A DNA stretch of 50,961 nt from an uncultured Subdoligranulum sp. GTDB lineage: Bacteria > Bacillota > Clostridia > Christensenellales > CAG-314. The first letter of the stretch is position 1; every line of letters begins with the position of its first letter. This document shows, piece after piece, positions 16,181 through 23,502 of the stretch. The DNA is taken from contig CAZTCB010000005.1 in assembly GCA_964612455.1 (NCBI GenBank), forward strand, positions 1 to 50,961, written 5' to 3'. A model generated the notes under the pieces. It did not search any database and had not been told where the DNA came from. It worked only from the letters and a program-made list of their open reading frames with translations. The position numbers were made by a program, and so were the translations under genes.

Positions 16181-17302
16181 ATGGCAGCGCAGAGAAAAGG
16201 TCTCGGCAGAGGATTGTCCGCATTGTTGGGGATGAACGACATGGGCGACGACGTATTGAACACGCCGGTGGCACCCGGTGTCAACACGGGCGATACCGAC
16301 GTTGATAATACGCACACTGAGCTTCTCGACGCGACGGAGGAACTAACCCTGACGCCCGACGAGGTCGTTTCGGACGCATCGGACGCGGAAAAACCCGATT
16401 TGTCCGACGTGACGGAGACGTCGACGGATTTTTCGGACGTTTCGGTTGAGGATTTTTCACCCGCCGACGAAAAAGAAACGACTCAACGCGACGCGATAAT
16501 GGCAATAAACATAGACGTTGCCGATATAGACCCCAACTACGAGCAACCGCGAAAGAATTTTGACGAATCGGCACTCAACGAGTTGGCGGAGAGTATTCGT
16601 CAGCATGGCGTCATTCAACCTATCGTAGTAGTGCGCATGGGCATGCGCTTTATGATTATTTCCGGTGAACGTCGTTGGCGCGCGAGCAAGATTGCGGGGC
16701 AAAAGACCATTCCCGCTATCGTCAAAGACTACACTCCTCAGCAGATTAAAGAAATAGCCATTATCGAAAACTTGCAGAGAGAGGATCTCAACCCCATCGA
16801 AGCCGCCCGTGCGATAAAGCAACTGATGGAAGAGTTTAACATGACTCAGGAGATGGCGGCAGACCGCATAGGCAAGAGCCGCAGTGCGATTGCCAACACC
16901 CTCAGGTTGCTTACCCTCGACGACAGAGTGCTCGACATGATAGGCAAAGGCGAGTTGTCGGCGGGACACGGCAGGACGCTCGTGGTGATAGAAAACAAAG
17001 ACGAGCAGTTTGCTCTCGCAAAGAAAGCCCGCGAAAGCCAGATGAGCGTGAGAGAGCTCGAAAAGAAAGTAAGGGATTATTTAAACCCGGTCAAAGAGGA
17101 TAAAGAGCCTGCCCGCAAGAAAGAAGTCTGCCTCGAGCTCAAAGACCTCGTCGTCAATATGCAGAGGGCTTTCGCCACCAAGGTCACCGCGGTCGGCAAC
17201 AATAAAAAAGGGAGAATCTGTATCGATTATTTTTCAAGCGACGACCTCGACCGTATTTGCGAAATGATACGGGATTGGCAACCGACGTTGCCTAATGCGT
17301 AA
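16181..17302 (+). CDS. parB: Chromosome partitioning protein ParB/Spo0J with an acidic insertion after the N-terminal ParA-interaction motif
   Basis: KGLGRGLSALL, IDPNYEQPRKNF, GERRWRA (arginine patch) and an HTH region. The start codon abuts the parA stop. Confidence 0.94.
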   Translation: MAAQRKGLGRGLSALLGMNDMGDDVLNTPVAPGVNTGDTDVDNTHTELLDATEELTLTPDEVVSDASDAEKPDLSDVTETSTDFSDVSVEDFSPADEKETTQRDAIMAINIDVADIDPNYEQPRKNFDESALNELAESIRQHGVIQPIVVVRMGMRFMIISGERRWRASKIAGQKTIPAIVKDYTPQQIKEIAIIENLQREDLNPIEAARAIKQLMEEFNMTQEMAADRIGKSRSAIANTLRLLTLDDRVLDMIGKGELSAGHGRTLVVIENKDEQFALAKKARESQMSVRELEKKVRDYLNPVKEDKEPARKKEVCLELKDLVVNMQRAFATKVTAVGNNKKGRICIDYFSSDDLDRICEMIRDWQPTLPNA

Positions 17303-17349
17303 ACGGCAGAACGAAAAAACGACAAAAACCGACAAAAAAAGGCAAAAAA

Positions 17350-18930
17350 ATGGAAAAACAAGATAAAAAGTTTTATATAACCACGCCGCTATATTACAGT
17401 AGCGGCAAACTTCATTTAGGACATTGTTACACCACGGTGGTGTGCGACAGCCTTGCGCGTTTTAAACGCAAGGACGGGTACGACGTATTCTTTTTGACGG
17501 GTACGGACGAACACGGTCAAAACATCGCCAAGCGCGCGGAAGAAAAAGGCATTACGCCCAAACAGTTTGTCGACAATCTCTACAAGGACATCACCGATTT
17601 GTGGTCGCTGATGAAAATCACTTACGACAAATTTATCCGCACTACCGACGAGTACCATGAGGCGGCAGTCAAAAAGATTTTTACGAAACTGTACGAGCAA
17701 GGCGATATTTATAAAGCCGAGTACGAGGGGTGGTATTGTTCCCCCTGCGAGTCTTTTTGGTCGGAAACCCAGTTGGAGGACGGCAAATGTCCCGACTGCC
17801 ACAGGGCTGTTTCCCGTGCGAAAGAAGAGAGTTATTTCTTTCGCCTGTCCAAGTACGGCGACAAACTGCTCGAGCTTTACGAAAAAAATCCCGAGTTTTT
17901 GCAACCAAAGTCCCGCGTCAACGAGATGGTCAACAACTTTATCAAGCCCGGTTTGCAGGACCTTGCGGTCAGCCGTACGAGCGTGAGTTGGGGCGTACCC
18001 GTCCCCTTTGACGACAGGCACAGCATATACGTCTGGATAGACGCGCTCGCCAACTATCTGACGGCGTTGGGCTATATGGGTGACGACGAAGAGTTGTTTA
18101 ACAAGTACTGGCCCGCCGACGTGCATATGATGGCGAAAGAAATCGTGCGCTTTCACAGCGTCATATGGCCGAGTATCCTTATGGCGCTGGGTTTGCCGTT
18201 GCCCAAACACGTATACGGTCACGGTTGGCTGTTGCTTGGCGGCGACAAAATGAGTAAAAGCAAGGGCAACGTCGTCGATCCGTATTTTCTCGTCGACAGA
18301 TACGGTCTGGACGCGATACGCTATTATTTGCTTAAAGAAGTGCCCTTCGGCAACGACGGCGTGTTTTCGCTCAGGTCCTTGTTGAGTCTTTACAACGACG
18401 ACTTGTGCAACAGTCTCGGCAATCTCGTCAGCCGCACGATTGCTATGATAGAGAAAAATTTTGACGGCAAAATCCCCGCCACGGGTAGCGGTGAAGACGC
18501 TCTCGACGTCGAGTTAAAGACGATGGCGGAGAGTCTCATAGGCAAGATACGCAACGCCGTAGACGGTTTTAACGTGCCGCAGGCGATGTCCGAAATAATG
18601 TCTTTAGTCTATCGCGCCAACAAATATATCGACGAAACCACCCCGTGGGTGCTGGCGAAAGATCCGAATAGACGAGACAGGCTCGGCGAGGTGCTGTACA
18701 ACCTTGCGGAAGTGTTGCGTTTTGTCGCGGTCGCGATTTCGCCATTCCTGCCCGATACGGCGCAAGGTATTTTTGACAAACTCGGTCTGGGCGCGGTGCC
18801 CGACGACTTTGACGGCGTTTTGCACTTTGGCGGATTGAAAGAAGGCACTCCCGTTACCAAAGGTAAAAACCTTTTTGACCGTATCAATATCGACGAAGAA
18901 CTCAAGCTTCTCGACGCGACAGAGGGTTAA
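17350..18930 (+). CDS. metG: Methionine--tRNA ligase (short form without the C-terminal tRNA-binding domain)
   Basis: HLGH and KMSKS motifs. Zinc knuckle CSPC...CPDC. Confidence 0.96.
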   Translation: MEKQDKKFYITTPLYYSSGKLHLGHCYTTVVCDSLARFKRKDGYDVFFLTGTDEHGQNIAKRAEEKGITPKQFVDNLYKDITDLWSLMKITYDKFIRTTDEYHEAAVKKIFTKLYEQGDIYKAEYEGWYCSPCESFWSETQLEDGKCPDCHRAVSRAKEESYFFRLSKYGDKLLELYEKNPEFLQPKSRVNEMVNNFIKPGLQDLAVSRTSVSWGVPVPFDDRHSIYVWIDALANYLTALGYMGDDEELFNKYWPADVHMMAKEIVRFHSVIWPSILMALGLPLPKHVYGHGWLLLGGDKMSKSKGNVVDPYFLVDRYGLDAIRYYLLKEVPFGNDGVFSLRSLLSLYNDDLCNSLGNLVSRTIAMIEKNFDGKIPATGSGEDALDVELKTMAESLIGKIRNAVDGFNVPQAMSEIMSLVYRANKYIDETTPWVLAKDPNRRDRLGEVLYNLAEVLRFVAVAISPFLPDTAQGIFDKLGLGAVPDDFDGVLHFGGLKEGTPVTKGKNLFDRINIDEELKLLDATEG

Positions 18931-19012
18931 AAACGACGGCGTTTGACAGAAAGAGAGAAAAACGACAAAAAACTAAATTTAAGCCTGACAAGGCAGAGAA
19001 ACGGAAAAAGAT

Positions 19013-20461
19013 ATGGAAAACGAAAACAAACAAATCCGCACGAGGTTTGCCCCCAGCCCTACCGGATATTTACACATCGGCGGTTTGCGTACGGCTCTTT
19101 ACAGTTATTTGTACGCAAAAAAAACGGGCGGCAAATTTATACTGCGCATAGAGGACACCGACAGAGAGAGGCTCGTCGAGGACAGCGTCCAAAAAATAAT
19201 GGACACGATGAAAGAGGCGGGATTGCCCTACGACGAAGGTCCCGACGTTGGCGGCGATTACGGTCCTTATATACAAAGCGAAAGAAAGAACGAGTATCTT
19301 AAATACGCGCAAATTTTGGTTGAAAAAGGCGCGGCGTACTATTGCTTTTGCTCCAAAGAGAGGTTGGACAGCCTGCCCGACGTCAACGGCGCGCGCCATT
19401 ACGACAAACATTGTCTGCACCTTACTAAGGAAGAAGTAGACAGGCGCATTGCCGACGGCGAACCGTGGGTAATAAGGCAAAATATGCCGACCGAAGGGGT
19501 TTCGTCGTATCATGACGCGGTTTACGGCGAAATAGCAGTCAAAAACGAAGAACTCGAGGACAATATCCTCATCAAGTCGGACGGAATGCCTACTTACAAC
19601 TTTGCCAACGTAATAGACGACCACCTCATGGGTATCAACTGCGTCATGCGCGGTATGGAGTATCTGACCAGCACGCCAAAATACAATCTCCTGTACGACG
19701 CCTTCGGGTGGGAGCGCCCCATGTACGTTCATATGCCGCCTATCATGCGCGACGCTCAGCACAAGCTCAGTAAACGCGACGGTGCGGCGAGTTACGAGGA
19801 TTTGATAGAAAAAGGCTATCTCAAAGAGGCGATTATCAATTACATCGCTTTGCTCGGCTGGTCGCCTAAAAATAATATGGAAAAAATGTCCTTTGAGCAA
19901 TTGCAGGAGTTGTTTAGCCTCGAGGGCATCAACAAATCCCCCGCCATCTTTGACGAGGCAAAGTTAAAGTGGCTCAACGGATTGTATATCAAAGAAATGC
20001 CTTTTGAAAAATTTGTCGAAATCGCGATGCCGTATTTTGAAAAGAGCAAGGTTGCCGGCAAGTACGACTATAAAAAACTGTCGGCGTTGTTGCAGAGCAG
20101 GGTTGAGGCACTGACCGAAATCCCCGAAAAAGTAGATTTTTTGGAGGAGTACGGAGTATTTGACCAAAATCTCTACGTCAACAAAAAACAAAAGAGCGAT
20201 ATCGACTCCGCGAAAGAGGTTTTGCCAAAGGTGAGAGAGACCCTCGCGGCGACGGAAAACTGGGACAACGCCTCGGTGTATCAGGCACTCGTGGCACTTG
20301 CGGAGACGCTCGGCAAAAAGAACGCGACCGTGCTGTGGCCCACCCGTGTGGCGATTAGCGGCAGAGAAAGCACTCCGGGCGGGGCAACCGAGCTGGCAGA
20401 GTTGCTCGGTAAAGACGAGACTTTGCGCCGTCTGGACTTTGCGCTCGGATTGTTTGATTAA
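19013..20461 (+). CDS. gltX: Glutamate--tRNA ligase
   Basis: RFAPSPTGYLHIGG and KLSKRDG motifs. Confidence 0.96.
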   Translation: MENENKQIRTRFAPSPTGYLHIGGLRTALYSYLYAKKTGGKFILRIEDTDRERLVEDSVQKIMDTMKEAGLPYDEGPDVGGDYGPYIQSERKNEYLKYAQILVEKGAAYYCFCSKERLDSLPDVNGARHYDKHCLHLTKEEVDRRIADGEPWVIRQNMPTEGVSSYHDAVYGEIAVKNEELEDNILIKSDGMPTYNFANVIDDHLMGINCVMRGMEYLTSTPKYNLLYDAFGWERPMYVHMPPIMRDAQHKLSKRDGAASYEDLIEKGYLKEAIINYIALLGWSPKNNMEKMSFEQLQELFSLEGINKSPAIFDEAKLKWLNGLYIKEMPFEKFVEIAMPYFEKSKVAGKYDYKKLSALLQSRVEALTEIPEKVDFLEEYGVFDQNLYVNKKQKSDIDSAKEVLPKVRETLAATENWDNASVYQALVALAETLGKKNATVLWPTRVAISGRESTPGGATELAELLGKDETLRRLDFALGLFD

Positions 20462-20472
20462 AAAGAAAAAAG

Positions 20473-20526
20473 GGCGGTTAAACCCGCCGCCGAAAACAAA
20501 AACGAGGCCGATATCGGTCTCGTTTT
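20473..20526. terminator. Two hairpins between the convergent gltX and pilin-like genes
   Basis: GGCGG/CCGCC (20473-20488), with a T-run on the minus strand. A 10-bp stem at 20501-20524 has a T-run on the plus strand and an A-run upstream. Confidence 0.7.
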
Positions 20527-20562
20527 ATACTTGTTTGAGATTATTGTTGTTAGCTAACGGTG

Positions 20563-20949
20563 TTAGTCATTACCCTCGCTGGAATTGTTTTGGATTACTG
20601 CAAGAACTTGCTCGCCATTGTCGGTTTTAAGCTCATGAGTGGCGGTTCCGCTATTTACGATCTTAGCTTCGCCGTTTTCGGAAATCTCTACCCAAATCTT
20701 GTCGCTATATTGTACGACGATTTTGCCTTTGTCATATACCACGTCGTCCGATGTGTCGGCGGTGGAGAGGTCGTTGGCGAGAGTTGCTTTGTAAGCATTG
20801 CTTACTTCTTGCAAAGCTTTGGATTCTTTTGCTTTGTCTACTACGCCGCTAAAAGTGGGGATGAGTACAGCCGCGAGGATAGCGATGACTGCGATGACTA
20901 TAACCAACTCGATGATGGTAAAGCCGCGTTTTTGGTTGTTTCTTTTCAT
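20563..20949 (-). CDS. Prepilin-type N-terminal cleavage/methylation domain protein (type IV pilin or pseudopilin-like), orphan
   Basis: MKRNNQKRG|FTIIELVIVIAVIAILAAVLIPTF is a class III signal peptide. SD AAGGAG upstream. The ORF-track start 21096 is an artefactual extension into the repeat. Confidence 0.88.
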   Translation of the reverse strand: MKRNNQKRGFTIIELVIVIAVIAILAAVLIPTFSGVVDKAKESKALQEVSNAYKATLANDLSTADTSDDVVYDKGKIVVQYSDKIWVEISENGEAKIVNSGTATHELKTDNGEQVLAVIQNNSSEGND

Positions 20950-21069
20950 TTTTCTTTTCTCCTTTTTGAAAAATATTATTATTGTTTTCGTCACCTTTTT
21001 CGTGACGTAAAATCCGTTGTTTTCAGCCTGTTTCCGTCGGTATTTCCGTCGAAAAACCGAGAGAATTTT

Positions 21070-21103
21070 TTGTAGACAGAATACACATTCTGTCACCTTT
21101 TTT
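21070..21103. repeat. Left arm of a perfect 34-bp inverted repeat (core GACAGAAT-acac-ATTCTGTC at 21075-21094)
   Basis: TTGTAGACAGAATACACATTCTGTCACCTTTTTT is the exact reverse complement of 21317-21350. Confidence 0.95.
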
Positions 21104-21119
21104 TATTCTTATCGGAGAA

Positions 21120-21148
21120 ATTATAAGCCTATTTTACGAGATAGTCAA
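21120..21148 (-). promoter_or_regulatory. Near-consensus sigma-A promoter inside the repeat-flanked segment, pointing at the pilin-like gene
   Basis: Minus strand: TTGACT (21148-21143), 17-nt spacer, TATAAT (21125-21120). Confidence 0.75.
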
Positions 21149-21316
21149 GCGGACGAGTACAAAAAAATCAAAAATAATCGAAATTTGCCTTGTTTCCGTT
21201 TTGTTTTGTCGTTTTTCCGCCTTTTTTTAAATCTTTTTCCCGTAAAAATGCCGTTGTCTTTGGCGGTATTGTCCCTTTTTATCGGTTTTTCGTTTTCCGC
21301 ACCTTTTTACTGCCCG

Positions 21317-21350
21317 AAAAAAGGTGACAGAATGTGTATTCTGTCTACAA
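21317..21350. repeat. Right arm of the perfect 34-bp inverted repeat
   Basis: AAAAAAGGTGACAGAATGTGTATTCTGTCTACAA. Also the start of repeat copy C (21317-21540), which parallels 15-235. Confidence 0.95.
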
Positions 21351-21373
21351 GTTTCTCTTAATTTTCACAATAT

Positions 21374-21412
21374 AAAAAGCCACGCCGAGTTTAACCTCAA
21401 CGTGGCTTTTTT
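21374..21412. terminator. Bidirectional hairpin terminator inside repeat copy C
   Basis: AGCCACG (21378-21384) pairs with CGTGGCT (21401-21407). Inner GAG/CTC pairs. A5 upstream, T6 downstream. Confidence 0.65.
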
Positions 21413-21582
21413 ACTAAGGTTTATTAAATTTTTGTTTACCGAAATCCCGCCAAAAATCGAGATTTTTCCGTTTTCTCTTTCACCAAAGTTACGTATGAGA
21501 AAAAATATCCTTTCGCGAGGTTTTTGCGGGTGACGAAAGCGATTTTTACCGTGTTTTTCCGTCGTGTTTAAATTTTGCTCGT

Positions 21583-22473
21583 TCAGATTTTGCTCTTTAA
21601 ATCGTCCAGAGCGTTTGACAGCGCGGCAAAGAGTAGGGGCGAAAGACTTTCGCCGCGCAGAGTGCCGTCGACGCCGTTTTCGGCAAGCCATGCGTCTGCC
21701 GTCGCTTTTGTCGTTTTAAAATAGGAGGCGACGTTGTTGCATAGGGTTTTTCGCCGCTGAGAGAAAGCACAGCGGGTGATTTCTCTGAATGACGACCAAT
21801 CCCGCACGCCGAGGGGATTGTCGACGAAACGGCTCGTGACGACCGCACTGTCGACGTTGGGGACGGGATAAAACAAACTTCTGTCGATTACGCGGGTAAG
21901 CGTCGTTTGAGCCACGGAGGCGAGTGCGACGGTTATCGCGCCGTAGTCGGCTGTGTTTTCTTTGGCGACGAGTCTTTCGGCGACTTCTTTTTGCAAGGTG
22001 AGGGTGAGGCTTTTTATTTTTGCGCCGTGACGAACCCGCTCGATAAAGGAGGTTAGCACGGGAGCGGTGACGTAGTAGGGGAGATTGGCGACTACGGCGT
22101 AGTCGGAGCCGAGTTTGTCGGATATCTCGTCGTCGTCCGCGCGTAAAAAGTCTTTAAAAACTATTTCGACGTTGTTGAGGTCGGCAAGATTTTTTGAAAG
22201 CAGCGGCTTTAACGACGCGTCTATTTCGTACGCGACTACTTTTTTTGCGGCGGCAGACAGGTGACGGGTGAGCGCGCCCGCACCGGGACCGATTTCGAGA
22301 ACGGTGTCGTCGGCAGACAGCCCCGCGTCCGCGACAATGTCGGACAGCAACGCGCTGTCGGATAAAAAGTTTTGCCCGAATTGTTTTTTAAAAACATGGT
22401 CGCTATACGCCGCGTCGCGAGTATCGGTGCGTTTGCGCGCGGGGCGTTTGTCGTCGTTTCGTCCGTATTTCAT
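21583..22473 (-). CDS. rsmA: 16S rRNA (adenine1518/1519-N6)-dimethyltransferase RsmA/KsgA
   Basis: KKQFGQNFL and SAM motif VLEIGPGAGALT. Confidence 0.93.
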   Translation of the reverse strand: MKYGRNDDKRPARKRTDTRDAAYSDHVFKKQFGQNFLSDSALLSDIVADAGLSADDTVLEIGPGAGALTRHLSAAAKKVVAYEIDASLKPLLSKNLADLNNVEIVFKDFLRADDDEISDKLGSDYAVVANLPYYVTAPVLTSFIERVRHGAKIKSLTLTLQKEVAERLVAKENTADYGAITVALASVAQTTLTRVIDRSLFYPVPNVDSAVVTSRFVDNPLGVRDWSSFREITRCAFSQRRKTLCNNVASYFKTTKATADAWLAENGVDGTLRGESLSPLLFAALSNALDDLKSKI

Positions 22474-22543
22474 TTTTTTTACCTCGCGTCAATTGTATAT
22501 TAAATCCGGAGTATTGTCAACCCTAATTAAACGGGAAAGGGTA

Positions 22544-22572
22544 TTGACATATCCGACAGGGCGTGGTATAAT
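22544..22572 (+). promoter_or_regulatory. Perfect consensus sigma-A promoter with extended -10, driving the RF-like/helicase cluster
   Basis: TTGACA 22544-22549, 17-nt spacer ending in TGG, TATAAT 22567-22572. ATG at 22596. Confidence 0.8.
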
Positions 22573-22595
22573 GAACGGAGTATAAGGGGTAGTGT

Positions 22596-23480
22596 ATGCC
22601 GACGGAAAACATTGAAAAAGCGAAAACGTTGTTGAAAGAAACGCAGGCGCTTGACGACAAATATCTCGAGTTGTCAAGGCTGTCGGCTTATCCCGAAATC
22701 ATGGCGGACGCAACGTATATGCGTTTTTTAGCGAAGGAGCAAACGGCGCTAAAACCGCTACACGGGTGGCGACAAACTTTGGCGACGTTGGTAGAGGACG
22801 CCGAATTTTGCCTCTCGGAATCGAGTAAAGGCGGCAAGGAGCGCAGGTTTTTTGAAGAGGAGTTGGCTCAAATCGAAAAAAAAGCGGCACCCGTGTGCGC
22901 CGAAATAAAAAAATTTCTTGCCGACGGCGGCGAAATCGACCTGTACGGGTGCACGATAGAAATGTCGGGGGACGCGCGCGGGATAGTTGCGCTCAAGGAG
23001 GAGTTTTTTAAAACGGCGGAGGGCGTTCGTTGTCCGTTGATAGTCGTCAAAAATAGCATGACGGCGGGGGACGGGGGCTACGGATTGTTTAAGGAGCAGG
23101 GCGGACGGCACAAGTTTGTCTATTCCGTCGACGGCAGGCAGGCGTGCGGCGAGGTGCTGGTCGTCGTTTTACCCGATATCGTCGCCAAAAAGGCAGAGTG
23201 GAGCGAAAAAGACTTGCGCATCGATATTTATCATTCGTCGGGCGCGGGCGGTCAAAACGTCAACAAGGTGGCGAGTGCGGTGAGGATAACGCACTTGCCT
23301 ACGGGGATAGTCGTGAGTTGTCAGGAGGAGCGTTCGCAATTGTTTAATAAAGAACGCGCCTTTGCCGCGCTTGAAAAGAAACTTGCCGAAAAATACGGCG
23401 AAGAAGTCGCCGAAAAAAAAGACGAAATCCGCAAGCGGCAAAAAAACTCGGCGGGTTTCGTAGCAACGCACAAAATTTAA
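22596..23480 (+). CDS. Class-I release-factor paralog (PCRF-like N-terminus plus GGQ domain) lacking the codon-recognition elements
   Basis: GGQ at aa 218-220 in SSGAGGQNVNKVASAVRITHLPTGIVVSCQEERSQ. No PxT or SPF tripeptide and no GRIHTS-type segment. The protein ends about 75 aa after GGQ. Confidence 0.8.
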   Translation: MPTENIEKAKTLLKETQALDDKYLELSRLSAYPEIMADATYMRFLAKEQTALKPLHGWRQTLATLVEDAEFCLSESSKGGKERRFFEEELAQIEKKAAPVCAEIKKFLADGGEIDLYGCTIEMSGDARGIVALKEEFFKTAEGVRCPLIVVKNSMTAGDGGYGLFKEQGGRHKFVYSVDGRQACGEVLVVVLPDIVAKKAEWSEKDLRIDIYHSSGAGGQNVNKVASAVRITHLPTGIVVSCQEERSQLFNKERAFAALEKKLAEKYGEEVAEKKDEIRKRQKNSAGFVATHKI

Positions 23481-23502
23481 CTTTTTACGGACAGAGCGAT
23501 AC

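Noticed and set aside
17303-17349. T-box leaders upstream of metG (17303-17349) and gltX (18931-19012).
   Set aside because: The intergenic spaces are only 47 and 82 nt, too short for a T-box (about 200 nt or more), and no T-box sequence was seen.
21325-21352. Reading the palindrome itself as a promoter (GTGACA, 16 nt, TACAAG) that would drive a short RNA and the pilin-like gene.
   Set aside because: Weak -10 (4 of 6) and no extended -10. A far better TTGACT-17-TATAAT promoter lies between the repeats and already explains pilin-like gene expression. The idea survives only as an alternative in the findings.
22596-23480. Whether the degenerate release factor signals stop-codon reassignment in this genome.
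   Set aside because: All three stop codons terminate well-conserved genes at the expected positions in this window: TGA for mnmG, TAG for jag and the coiled-coil gene, TAA for dnaA and rpmH. No in-frame stops interrupt conserved genes.
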